The notes: generated from the letters alone by a model not told the origin. Counted from the stretch's first letter, positions 1 to 7,808 are shown. The stretch: 14,328 bases of DNA from a virus (IMGVR_UViG_2778261450_000002:1-14328); one strand, 5' to 3'. A program made the numbers and translations.

Positions 1-1248
1 ATGGCACTGAATATTCCATTCAGAAATGCGTACTATCGTTTTGCATCCAGTTACTCATTTCTCTTTTTTATTTCCTGGTCGCTGTGGTGGTCGTTATACG
101 CTATTTGGCTGAAAGGACATCTAGGGTTGACAGGGACGGAATTAGGTACACTTTATTCGGTCAACCAGTTTACCAGCATTCTATTTATGATGTTCTACGG
201 CATCGTTCAGGATAAACTCGGTCTGAAGAAACCGCTCATCTGGTGTATGAGTTTCATCCTGGTCTTGACCGGACCGTTTATGATTTACGTTTATGAACCG
301 TTACTGCAAAGCAATTTTTCTGTAGGTCTAATTCTGGGGGCGCTATTTTTTGGCTTGGGGTATCTGGCGGGATGCGGTTTGCTTGATAGCTTCACCGAAA
401 AAATGGCGCGAAATTTTCATTTCGAATATGGAACAGCGCGCGCCTGGGGATCTTTTGGCTATGCTATTGGCGCGTTCTTTGCCGGCATATTTTTTAGTAT
501 CAGTCCCCATATCAACTTCTGGTTGGTCTCGCTATTTGGCGCTGTATTTATGATGATCAACATGCGTTTTAAAGATAAGGATCACCAGTGCGTAGCGGCA
601 GATGCGGGAGGGGTAAAAAAAGAGGATTTTATCGCAGTTTTCAAGGATCGAAACTTCTGGGTTTTCGTCATATTTATTGTGGGGACGTGGTCTTTCTATA
701 ACATTTTTGATCAACAACTTTTTCCTGTCTTTTATGCAGGTTTATTCGAATCACACGATGTAGGAACGCGCCTGTATGGTTATCTCAACTCATTCCAGGT
801 GGTACTCGAAGCGCTGTGCATGGCGATTATTCCTTTCTTTGTGAATCGGGTAGGGCCAAAAAATGCATTACTTATCGGAGTTGTGATTATGGCGTTGCGT
901 ATCCTTTCCTGCGCGCTGTTCGTTAACCCCTGGATTATTTCATTAGTGAAGTTGTTACATGCCATTGAGGTTCCACTTTGTGTCATATCCGTCTTCAAAT
1001 ACAGCGTGGCAAACTTTGATAAGCGCCTGTCGTCGACGATCTTTCTGATTGGTTTTCAAATTGCCAGTTCGCTTGGGATTGTGCTGCTTTCAACGCCGAC
1101 TGGGATACTCTTTGACCACGCAGGCTACCAGACAGTTTTCTTCGCAATTTCGGGTATTGTCTGCCTGATGTTGCTATTTGGCATTTTCTTCTTGAGTAAA
1201 AAACGCGAGCAAATAGTTATGGAAACGCCTGTACCTTCAGCAATATAG
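1..1248 (+). CDS. cscB: LacY-family oligosaccharide:H+ symporter (MFS), probably sucrose permease; flanks the prophage
   Basis: 415-aa ORF from ATG at 1 to TAG at 1246-1248. Hydrophobic throughout, with LacY-like blocks (GIVQDKLGLKKPLIW, FEYGTARAWGSFGYAIG, PKNALLIGVVIMALRIL, EVPLCVISVFKYSV). Length and N-terminus match my recollection of E. coli CscB; the symbol is from memory and not verified. Confidence 0.8.
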   Translation: MALNIPFRNAYYRFASSYSFLFFISWSLWWSLYAIWLKGHLGLTGTELGTLYSVNQFTSILFMMFYGIVQDKLGLKKPLIWCMSFILVLTGPFMIYVYEPLLQSNFSVGLILGALFFGLGYLAGCGLLDSFTEKMARNFHFEYGTARAWGSFGYAIGAFFAGIFFSISPHINFWLVSLFGAVFMMINMRFKDKDHQCVAADAGGVKKEDFIAVFKDRNFWVFVIFIVGTWSFYNIFDQQLFPVFYAGLFESHDVGTRLYGYLNSFQVVLEALCMAIIPFFVNRVGPKNALLIGVVIMALRILSCALFVNPWIISLVKLLHAIEVPLCVISVFKYSVANFDKRLSSTIFLIGFQIASSLGIVLLSTPTGILFDHAGYQTVFFAISGIVCLMLLFGIFFLSKKREQIVMETPVPSAI

Positions 1249-1256
1249 ACGTAAAC

Positions 1257-1301
1257 TTTTTCCGGTTGTTGTCGATAGCTCTATATCCCTCAACCGGAAA
1301 A
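1257..1301. repeat. 11-bp perfect inverted repeat (TTTTCCGGTTG / CAACCGGAAAA) with 22-nt spacer, directly after the permease stop
   Basis: Arms at 1258-1268 and 1291-1301 are exact reverse complements. The loop is long for an intrinsic terminator and there is no clean T-run, so the function is unclear (terminator, REP-like element or junction scar). Confidence 0.35.
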
Positions 1302-1775
1302 TAATAATAGTAAAATGCTTAGCCCTGCTAATAATCGCCTAATCCAAACGCCTCATTCATGTTCTGGTACAGTCGCTCAAATGTACTTCAGATGCGCGGT
1401 TCGCTGATTTCCAGGACATTGTCGTCATTCAGTGACCTGTCCCGTGTATCACGGTCCTGCGAATTCATCAAGGAATGCATTGCGGAGTGAAGTATCGAGT
1501 CACGCCATATTTCGCTATCAGGATTCTGTGTGATGGTTACATCGCCCGGCTCAGGGCTGTTTAGTCATCAGCGCTTTCTGACAGTGCTGAGATTTCAACC
1601 TGTTGCAGTAAAAATGAGTAGATATAAGGCAAGTGTGCTGCCAAACCCATCTTTTACGGGGTGAAGGTAGATTTCGTTTGAAGGGTATCTGGTGCCCTGC
1701 AGACATCTACTTGGCGCGGCAGGGGATTGATTGGAATGGTGTTTTTTAGATGTGAAAAATATTTTACCCGCTATT

Positions 1776-1976
1776 TTACCCATTGGCGCGGCTTAAGAGC
1801 TTATTTTTGAATTCACAATGGTCACGATATAACCATCTTGCTCGCCCGTGGATAACTTTGGCTTTTGGCAGGTCGCCGGACTTAATCCGGTCATAGATGA
1901 AGGTCTTACCGAAGCCAGTATCAGCCATGATGAATTTCAAATCAACCAGTGAATCAGGTTGTAGTTCGTGTTGCAT
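1776..1976 (-). CDS. AlpA/Xis-family excisionase-like HTH DNA-binding protein
   Basis: 66 aa, ATG at 1976-1974 preceded by a GGAGA Shine-Dalgarno. Sequence (…LKFIMADTGFGKTFIYDRIKSGDLPKAKVIHGRARWLYRDHCEF…) fits the AlpA/excisionase winged-helix pattern. No integrase ORF follows it. Confidence 0.6.
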   Translation of the reverse strand: MQHELQPDSLVDLKFIMADTGFGKTFIYDRIKSGDLPKAKVIHGRARWLYRDHCEFKNKLLSRANG

Positions 1977-2021
1977 GAGTGCTATCTCCGAATATGGAAT
2001 CGAACCTGCAAATCAGGCAAG

Positions 2022-2042
2022 AAAAAGCCGCATTGATGCGGC
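2022..2042 (-). terminator. intrinsic terminator for leftward transcription, upstream of the xis-like gene
   Basis: Minus strand reads GCCGCA-TCAA-TGCGGC followed by TTTTT. Confidence 0.5.
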
Positions 2043-2111
2043 GATGGTAGGTCTGGATATCATTGAGCAATGAACAGGCCTCATCGAGAGTGAGGCGGTG
2101 TTATTTCATGG

Positions 2112-2456
2112 TTAGTCCTTGCGTAGCTCGCTGATTCTTCTGTAAGTCTCTGGTGCTTTGTTTCCGTGTATCTTCATTTCAGACTTCAACAGAGCAACGA
2201 GGGAATCCCATTCGTTGAGGATTCCTTTGAATGCCGGAACGCGCTTTGCAACCTTGTTGAATGAATCTCTGATTTCTGGAATCTGCTCAACAAGTGCAAC
2301 GCATCGTCTGAAATCGGCTGCGTCATGGGGAGCGCCGAAGTGATGACCATAGATATTCTTTTTCAGTCCACATGCGATTGAGGCAAGAGTTGCGCTACTG
2401 ATGCCGACATCGCCAGTCGATTGCCATTTCAAAACCTTCATAGCCAAATCTGACAT
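2112..2456 (-). CDS. hypothetical phage early-left protein (114 aa)
   Basis: ORF with ATG at 2456-2454 preceded by GGAGA (MSDLAMKVLKW…). The longer ORF-track start at 2483 would lie inside the terminator hairpin and has no RBS. Confidence 0.55.
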   Translation of the reverse strand: MSDLAMKVLKWQSTGDVGISSATLASIACGLKKNIYGHHFGAPHDAADFRRCVALVEQIPEIRDSFNKVAKRVPAFKGILNEWDSLVALLKSEMKIHGNKAPETYRRISELRKD

Positions 2457-2467
2457 TTCTTGTCTCC

Positions 2468-2492
2468 AATAAAAAACCGCCATCAGGCGGCT
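2468..2492 (-). terminator. intrinsic terminator with the upstream gene's stop codon in the loop
   Basis: Minus strand: AGCCGCC-TGAT-GGCGGTT then TTTTATT. The TGA in the loop is the stop of the 55-aa ORF 2483..2650. Confidence 0.5.
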
Positions 2493-2650
2493 TGGTGTTC
2501 TTTCAGTTCTTCAATTCGAATATTGGTTACTTCTGCATGTGCTATCTGCGCCCATATCATCCAGTGGTCATAGCAGTCATTGATGTTCTCTGCTTCGATA
2601 ACTCTGTTGAATGGTTCTCCATTCCATTCACCTGTGACTCGGAAGTGCAT
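2483..2650 (-). CDS. small hypothetical protein (55 aa)
   Basis: ATG at 2650-2648 with GGAG upstream, hand-translated as MHFRVTGEWNGEPFNRVIEAENINDCYDHWMIWAQIAHAEVTNIRIEELKEHQAA. Below the 60-aa ORF-track cutoff; flanked by terminators on both sides. Confidence 0.4.
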   Translation of the reverse strand: MHFRVTGEWNGEPFNRVIEAENINDCYDHWMIWAQIAHAEVTNIRIEELKEHQAA

Positions 2651-2660
2651 TTATCATCTC

Positions 2661-2687
2661 CAAAAACAAAACTCGCCGTAGCGAGTT
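2661..2687 (-). terminator. intrinsic terminator for leftward transcription
   Basis: Minus strand: AACTCGC-TACG-GCGAGTT followed by TTGTTTTTG. Confidence 0.5.
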
Positions 2688-2749
2688 CAGATAAAAGAAA
2701 TCCCCGCGAGTGCGAGGATTGTCATTCACCTTTAACGGCAAGTTGCAGG

Positions 2750-3361
2750 TTAGCCACGGTTAACCTCCAGTTGTGGTGCTGCCTCAATAGCAGCCCTGTA
2801 ACCAGCAGCATGACCGCGAAAGTTAGCAATCTCTGATAGCCACGCTTTAATCATGGCCTGAGTTGGTTCCTTCGGCACCATAACCCAACCATCCGGAATT
2901 ACCGGAGAGTTGCCACCGGGAATATTTTCCGGAATATTTTGTTGTGCGTTTTGTGGTTGTTCGGATTTACCCTGAAGCATGGCGGCGCGGCAGGCGTTCC
3001 AGCCAGCTGTTCGCCCAAGCGCGTAAACTTCAGATGGCTCAAGATAATCAATGTCATGCCCGTCCTCATCGTCGTTCTCAGGTAATGCAGCAGGTACTAC
3101 CGGTACTGGCGGAGCGGCGTAGACTTCAATAATCCCATTGTCAATAGGCCATTCTCCATCCTTGAGATAGTCACTTGTGCCGTCAACTTGCTGTTCAGCA
3201 ATGTGGAATGCACCAACTGGTTCTGCCTCAAGCGAGGCCAGTGCAATTCGTGCCAGTTCCCTAAGATTTTCGCTATATGGTGAAGTATTATCACGATTGA
3301 TTATGTGATTAGCTGTATCTATGAGAACTTGCTTTTGTTCTTCTCTGTTCATAGTGGTCAT
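2750..3361 (-). CDS. hypothetical phage protein (203 aa, acidic/Pro-rich central region)
   Basis: Long ORF with ATG start, 1 nt downstream of the stop of the preceding gene in the leftward operon. No family recognised. Confidence 0.65.
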   Translation of the reverse strand: MTTMNREEQKQVLIDTANHIINRDNTSPYSENLRELARIALASLEAEPVGAFHIAEQQVDGTSDYLKDGEWPIDNGIIEVYAAPPVPVVPAALPENDDEDGHDIDYLEPSEVYALGRTAGWNACRAAMLQGKSEQPQNAQQNIPENIPGGNSPVIPDGWVMVPKEPTQAMIKAWLSEIANFRGHAAGYRAAIEAAPQLEVNRG

Positions 3362-3362
3362 A

Positions 3363-3662
3363 TCACATCACCCTGAAGCCGTTGCATTTACGTAAGAAAT
3401 CGCAGATATAGCCCTTCATTTTTTCGTGCCAATCCCGATCATTCCCATTGCACCAACCATCAGGTGGAGTCCAGTTTTCTATCAGAGCAGCCATTTTCTT
3501 TGCTTTCGCCGGAGTAGCTGTTGCGGTATCGCAGTAATGACGAGTGTCAACAAACTTATCCATGCCATCGATATCAAGTACGCAAAACCATGTGTGATTC
3601 GGCATTTCAACAGATGGTATTTGTTGCCCACGTCGACGTTTATCAATAAGACATACAGTCAT
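3363..3662 (-). CDS. hypothetical phage protein (99 aa, Cys-containing)
   Basis: Its ATG (3662-3660) overlaps the TGA of the upstream reading frame (ATGA at 3659-3662), indicating translational coupling. Confidence 0.6.
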   Translation of the reverse strand: MTVCLIDKRRRGQQIPSVEMPNHTWFCVLDIDGMDKFVDTRHYCDTATATPAKAKKMAALIENWTPPDGWCNGNDRDWHEKMKGYICDFLRKCNGFRVM

Positions 3663-4202
3663 GGTTCCACCTTCTCTATTTGCTTAAGACCGTCTCTCAC
3701 TGCATTAAGTACGCGTTCCAGATACTGGTATTTCGGGTTTGGTATCGTTGGCCAGTTGGCATACCACGGATCATCACCAAAGAGATTCAGTAGTTTGTTA
3801 CCGACGCCGAAACAGCAGCAGCTTTCTTTTACGTCATCGGTGTTTTCCGCCTCGTCCCACATTTCGCGAGCCAGTACGGCGTCGATTTCTCTCTCTTCGT
3901 AACTTTATGATTTCTGACTTCACGAAAAGCAGATTTGCATCGTTGTCATCGTCGACCGTGCTTAGCAGTTGAGGGTCGAAATTGTCGATTAGATAATCGT
4001 TGCTAACTCGCTTAATGAACGTCTGCACATCATCACCGCCCATAGCAAACCAAGCCGCTGTCCACGCTTTTCCGTAGCAGGTGATGGTGATTCTTCCCTT
4101 TCCATGTTCGTAGTTTTCAATCATCACTCGAATCGGATCTAGTCGCTCTGCACCGGTTATAACGAATGACAACACATCAATCTTTTCAACCGTTACACTC
4201 AC
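3659..4202 (-). pseudogene. phage gene split into two overlapping frames (3834..4202 and 3659..3862) by a frameshift at a (TC)4T/(AG)4 tract
   Basis: The upstream frame starts with GTG overlapping the previous stop (GTGA at 4199-4202) and ends in a low-complexity tail (LRRERNRRRTGSRNVGRGGKHR). The downstream frame is open from 3904 and reads as ordinary protein (YEEREIDAVLAREMWDEAENTDDVKE…). Both frames are open only across 3834-3904, and the dinucleotide tract 3888-3896 lies inside that interval. A +2 or -1 nt change there would give one ORF of about 180 aa. Confidence 0.45.
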
Positions 4203-4630
4203 TGGTTGCCTCCTTTGCGAAGCTCAGCGGCGAAGGCTACTGCGTGATCATGATGTTCAAGTGTGTATGCGCACTCAGCAAACATCTCCACGCCCTGCGC
4301 TCGTACTTCAGCCAGGAAAGCGTCGGTGGCTGGGGTTTCAGTAACATCATCTTCCCATTCGCTAAACTCCTCACGACAAAAGTCATTAAATTCCTTCTCA
4401 GATTGCTTAAGTGAGGTATTTTCAGCAGCCATCTTCGCGCATTTAGCCTCAAGGTTATCAATCGTGATTCCAACAGAACGACACTCCCGCAACGCCGTTT
4501 CCAGTTTTGATTCAAGTTCACCGAACTTACGGACAAGATATTCAGCGTTTGTTTCGTTGACCTTTAAATCTCGTGGGATGCATTTGCCTTTCAGAAATCC
4601 ATCCATCTCAATTAGTGACATTTGTTTCAT
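4199..4630 (-). CDS. hypothetical phage protein (143 aa, predicted coiled-coil, acidic C-terminus)
   Basis: ATG at 4630-4628 overlaps the upstream TGA (ATGA). Heptad-like charged sequence (…[43 protein letters not shown]…). Confidence 0.6.
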   Translation of the reverse strand: MKQMSLIEMDGFLKGKCIPRDLKVNETNAEYLVRKFGELESKLETALRECRSVGITIDNLEAKCAKMAAENTSLKQSEKEFNDFCREEFSEWEDDVTETPATDAFLAEVRAQGVEMFAECAYTLEHHDHAVAFAAELRKGGNQ

Positions 4631-4809
4631 TTCTTCCCACTCCGGCACATCGCATTCAGATATTTGTTTTGATTTACTGACGGAAAAGAATTTCTCTTAA
4701 GTAATTCCTCTCTCGATGGCATTGGCTTTACGCGTTGGCGAATAATCATTTCTGCAGGAAGAATGCCGGGGTTGTATGCAAGTCCTCTCATGGTAAATTC
4801 CTCAGTCAT
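4627..4809 (-). CDS. small hypothetical protein (60 aa)
   Basis: ATG at 4809-4807 lies 2 nt before the TGA of the upstream gene (short overlap). Reads [60 protein letters not shown]. Confidence 0.45.
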   Translation of the reverse strand: MTEEFTMRGLAYNPGILPAEMIIRQRVKPMPSREELLKRNSFPSVNQNKYLNAMCRSGKK

Positions 4810-5098
4810 TACTGATAGCGCCATAGCGTGAGCGGTAATTACGCAGGCGCGGGTCGATATATTCAGGGAAGTGGGTATATGTGGCTTTACGGAATGGTCG
4901 GATTGATGTCTGGTAAATTCGCTCTCGTTCTTCTTTCTCTGCAAGCCATATACAGTGGCGAAATTCCTTTTCCTCTTTCGTTTCCTGTGGTAGCGACATT
5001 ATCCGATCGTAGTTTTTTCTGAATTTATCCAGCACCTCCGATACGGATTTGCCGGAACAGCGGCGCGGGTCATCCGCACCATACAAAGGCGCTGGCAT
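4802..5098 (-). CDS. hypothetical phage protein (98 aa, basic)
   Basis: ATG at 5098-5096 with AGGAGA 5 nt upstream. No family recognised. Confidence 0.6.
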   Translation of the reverse strand: MPAPLYGADDPRRCSGKSVSEVLDKFRKNYDRIMSLPQETKEEKEFRHCIWLAEKEERERIYQTSIRPFRKATYTHFPEYIDPRLRNYRSRYGAISND

Positions 5099-5114
5099 GT
5101 TTTTCTCCTGTTTA

Positions 5115-5663
5115 TTATTTAGCTAACTTTTTCCAGATCGCTGAAACGTATTTGGCTTGGTGGATGGCATCATCAAGCGCGTTGTGGCGAGTTCCTTTGA
5201 ATGGCATATCTCGCTTAGGGTCGAATCCTATTACCTTTCCAAGCTCGACGATTGTTCTTACGTCGCGGTCATTCCACCACTGCCACGGAACTGGCTGCCC
5301 TGTCAGCGAATAACTGTTTCGGAGAATAACGCAGTCAAATGATGCTCCATTCCCCCAAACCTGAACGAATTTGTGGTTAGCGTTCTTTATGATGAATTCA
5401 GATAACCATGAAAGAGCCGTTGAAAGCTCCTGAGTGTTGCTGGTTAGCGATTTTCTGGCTTCTTCACTCTGTTCCAGCCACCATAAAATCGTTGAAGCGT
5501 CAGGACGCGCCCGATATCGCATTGATGACTCAAGCGAGATATTTACCGAGAACTCTTCTCCTGTTTCTCCGGTATTCGGTTCAAAGAATACCGCCCCAAT
5601 AGAAATAACTGGCGCGTATGGCCCGTTGCCCATTGTTTCAAGGTCAACCATCAAGTGATTCAT
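5115..5663 (-). CDS. DEDDh-family 3'-5' exonuclease (DnaQ-like fold)
   Basis: 182 aa with Exo I (MVDLETMG), Exo II (WGNGASFDCVIL) and Exo III (HNALDDAIHQAKY) motifs. AAGGA RBS upstream of the ATG. Confidence 0.8.
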   Translation of the reverse strand: MNHLMVDLETMGNGPYAPVISIGAVFFEPNTGETGEEFSVNISLESSMRYRARPDASTILWWLEQSEEARKSLTSNTQELSTALSWLSEFIIKNANHKFVQVWGNGASFDCVILRNSYSLTGQPVPWQWWNDRDVRTIVELGKVIGFDPKRDMPFKGTRHNALDDAIHQAKYVSAIWKKLAK

Positions 5664-5671
5664 GTAAGTCC

Positions 5672-6187
5672 TTAAATTGCGTGAATAGCGTGACGAGGGA
5701 AAGGGAGAGTTACTGGTGCAAAGGGGATATCGTCGTCAAAATCCATAGGTGGTTCGCTGTGATTTACCTGCTTCTGAGGCTGCTGTTTTTGTTGCTGACC
5801 GTTATTTCGCTGAGGTGAAGACTGTTCATTGCCTCCTTGCTTGCCACCAAGCATTTGCATGGTTCCACCAACGCCCACGATAACTTCGGTAGTGAACCGA
5901 TCCTGTCCACTTTGATCCTGCCATTTTCTTGTCCGCAATTTGCCTTCAAGATAAACCTCAGAGCCTTTTCGCAGATATTCGCTGGCAATTTCTGCCAGTT
6001 TCCCGCTCATTACCACGCGGTGCCACTCCGTCTGCTCCTTTTGCTCTCCAGTTTGCTTATCACGCCATTGTTCTGACGTAGCAACTGTAAGGTTTGCAAA
6101 TGCCGTTCCTGATGGTGAATATCTGATTTCTGGATCATGCCCAAGGCGACCAATAATGATCACCTTATTTACGCCTCTGCTTGCCAT
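5672..6187 (-). CDS. ssb: single-stranded DNA-binding protein with a 15-residue extension beyond the DDDIPF tail
   Basis: N-terminal OB-fold region is near-identical in pattern to E. coli SSB (MASRGVNKV…TEWHRVV…[15 protein letters not shown]…[12 protein letters not shown]…TTEV), followed by a Gly/Gln-rich linker and [10 protein letters not shown]. The ORF then continues [15 protein letters not shown] before TAA. Confidence 0.9.
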   Translation of the reverse strand: MASRGVNKVIIIGRLGHDPEIRYSPSGTAFANLTVATSEQWRDKQTGEQKEQTEWHRVVMSGKLAEIASEYLRKGSEVYLEGKLRTRKWQDQSGQDRFTTEVIVGVGGTMQMLGGKQGGNEQSSPQRNNGQQQKQQPQKQVNHSEPPMDFDDDIPFAPVTLPFPRHAIHAI

Positions 6188-6895
6188 TTATGCCGCCTGT
6201 TTTAGTTCGTTAACTCTGATGTTCATTACCTGAACGCATTTAGCCTGCGCCTCCTCGTTGCCAGCCATTAATTGCCAGTCACGCTGATAACGCTCGATGA
6301 GTTTTTCCTTGTCAGTTTCTGTCGATGCATAATCGCTGAAGTCTTTCAGGATTTGTTCGCAGTCAACCGATGGAGATTTCTGGTTGGTATTTTCTGGTGA
6401 TGGTTGATTGCCAGATGCTGGCATTGCCCATCCCGGCAGCGATGGAGGGGACCAGTAAAATCCTGTTCCATCTTTCAGTTTTGCCCTGTGCCATCCCTGC
6501 TTTTTATCGAGAGATGTTTGTGCGAAACCTTCCTCAAGGTTATACAGATACCGACCGATTCCCCACTGAACGGCAGCGCGCTTCATTGCACCGGAACGAC
6601 CACCTTTGACGGCTTCTACCTGCGTGTTTTCAGCAGCATCCCATTTGGTTACCCATTCGGAATCAATCTTTATTGATATGCCGCATTCAACGCCGCCGTT
6701 GTTGGGAATATCGCGGTATTCATTGCGCCATCCTGCTTTGCCACAAACATCGTCCAGGCGTTTCATGATTGCCCGGTTCGTTACATAAGCCAGCACCATA
6801 GCCCACACTTTGCCATCGCGTGTTTTACCGCTTTGCTGTATTCGCCATTCGATATCTTCAGGGCTGAATGGCTCATCGAATTTATTCAAATCCAT
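6188..6895 (-). CDS. Rad52-like single-strand annealing protein (Sak-type phage recombinase)
   Basis: 235 aa with the Rad52/Sak pattern (…GKVWAMVLAYVTNRAIMKRLDDVCGKAGWRNEY…WDAAENTQVEAVKGGRSGAMKRAAVQWGIGRYLY…). Sits immediately upstream of ssb. Confidence 0.75.
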   Translation of the reverse strand: MDLNKFDEPFSPEDIEWRIQQSGKTRDGKVWAMVLAYVTNRAIMKRLDDVCGKAGWRNEYRDIPNNGGVECGISIKIDSEWVTKWDAAENTQVEAVKGGRSGAMKRAAVQWGIGRYLYNLEEGFAQTSLDKKQGWHRAKLKDGTGFYWSPPSLPGWAMPASGNQPSPENTNQKSPSVDCEQILKDFSDYASTETDKEKLIERYQRDWQLMAGNEEAQAKCVQVMNIRVNELKQAA

Positions 6896-6994
6896 AATTC
6901 ACCTCAGAATGGACATGGCCCAAGGAAATAACGCTGATTTAATACTTCGACTCGGGACAAATTAAGGCATACCCGCATTCCTTCGCGGTCACCA

Positions 6995-7153
6995 TTATGG
7001 CGATACCAGAGAGCTTTCTGCGTGTACATGCGTCTCTGTAACTTGCTCTCCTTCACTGTGGTTGCAAGTGACATGAATATCTCCTTCGTTACCGATTAAT
7101 TCTTTCATCTGACGAATGAATTCTTCGTCTGACCAGTTATCTGTAAAATTCAT
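6995..7153 (-). CDS. small hypothetical protein (52 aa) in the kil-like position
   Basis: ATG at 7153-7151 overlaps the TGA of the cIII-like ORF (ATGA). Reads MNFTDNWSDEEFIRQMKELIGNEGDIHVTCNHSEGEQVTETHVHAESSLVSP. Function not recognised. Confidence 0.4.
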   Translation of the reverse strand: MNFTDNWSDEEFIRQMKELIGNEGDIHVTCNHSEGEQVTETHVHAESSLVSP

Positions 7154-7320
7154 GGACGGCCTTGTTGTTTCAAAATATCCCAAAGCTTTTCGAGCAAACT
7201 TTTCATTCTTGGTTGTTTAAAGTCTGCTCCGGTTAAAATATTTTTTCGTGAATGCTGTACCGATAAAATCGGGTTGAAAGGGCGAACCGATGCCGCCCCT
7301 GCAATAGCGAACTGTTGCAT
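7150..7320 (-). CDS. cIII: CIII-like protein (putative FtsH inhibitor that stabilises CII)
   Basis: 56 aa, hand-translated as MQQFAIAGAASVRPFNPILSVQHSRKNILTGADFKQPRMKSLLEKLWDILKQQGRP. Resembles lambda CIII (MQYAIAGW… and …LIDILNQPG). AAGGAG RBS 6 nt upstream. Below the ORF-track length cutoff. Confidence 0.55.
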   Translation of the reverse strand: MQQFAIAGAASVRPFNPILSVQHSRKNILTGADFKQPRMKSLLEKLWDILKQQGRP

Positions 7321-7395
7321 AGGATGCTCCTTCTGTTTGATTGCATAACGAAAACGCCTCTCGTGAAGCGTTATTGGTATGCGGTAAAGCCGCGC

Positions 7396-7707
7396 TTAGG
7401 CGGCTGATGTTTCTTCTTTCAGGCTTTCGAGATATTTACGTGGGTCGTCGTAACATTGGCATTCGCTGTACCAATCCACCCAGCGATCAGTAAGCCCCAT
7501 CTCTGATAAATCTTCATCGGTAAGGCTCTCATCCCACATCTCAAGGCCGTTAGCATTGCAGTAATCAGGCTTGATGTTGTTGTCATACTGAAAGGCGTCA
7601 TAATCAGCCAGTGCGTCCATCAGGCGAACACCCTCTTCAACACTTGCCACTTCTACAATGAACGGCTTCATAGGTACTTGCGGGATATGCCAGACACGTA
7701 ATTTCAT
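7396..7707 (-). CDS. acidic hypothetical protein (103 aa, about 22% Asp+Glu)
   Basis: ATG at 7707-7705 with GGAGG 5 nt upstream, directly after a terminator. The longer ORF-track start at 7761 would lie inside that terminator. Confidence 0.6.
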   Translation of the reverse strand: MKLRVWHIPQVPMKPFIVEVASVEEGVRLMDALADYDAFQYDNNIKPDYCNANGLEMWDESLTDEDLSEMGLTDRWVDWYSECQCYDDPRKYLESLKEETSAA

Positions 7708-7719
7708 ATATCCTCCGTC

Positions 7720-7748
7720 AAAAAAATTGCCCTCACATTGGAGGGCAA
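7720..7748 (-). terminator. intrinsic terminator in the leftward operon (tL1-like position)
   Basis: Minus strand: TTGCCCTC-CAATGT-GAGGGCAA followed by TTTTTTT. Confidence 0.6.
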
Positions 7749-7808
7749 AGAAGATTTCCAATAATCAGAACAAGTCGGCTCCTGTTTAGTTACGAGCGAC
7801 ATTGCTCC

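Noticed and set aside
350-998. ORF-track entries 350..553 (+), 532..717 (-) and 780..998 (-) inside the permease gene
   Set aside because: They lie wholly within, or antisense to, a 415-aa ORF with strong LacY-family similarity. They have no RBS and read as low-complexity sequence, so they are frame artefacts.
1595-1783. 62-aa ORF overlapping the xis 3' end, considered as a truncated integrase N-terminus
   Set aside because: The sequence (MGKIAGKIFFTSKKHH…) resembles no tyrosine-recombinase N-terminal domain, and no catalytic-domain remnant follows it. It is more likely chance reading across the tandem-repeat region.
1986-2001. Possible tRNA gene on the minus strand (T-arm-like GGTTCGATTCC)
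   Set aside because: The 3' T-stem is not complementary, there is no acceptor stem or CCA, and no D or anticodon arm can be folded. It is not an intact tRNA; it is kept only as a possible att-core remnant in the findings.
2492-2836. Plus-strand 114-aa ORF
   Set aside because: It is antisense to two minus-strand genes and two terminators, starts inside a terminator hairpin and lacks an RBS.
3426-4700. Plus-strand ORFs 3426..3902, 3739..3972, 4166..4414 and 4263..4700, and minus-strand 4237..4536
   Set aside because: They are antisense to, or out of frame with, the contiguous coupled leftward operon. The translations are Ser/Arg-rich low-complexity sequence typical of wrong-frame reading.
5157-6788. 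Short ORFs nested in or antisense to the exonuclease, ssb and Rad52-like genes
   Set aside because: They overlap genes with strong motif support and have no independent signals.
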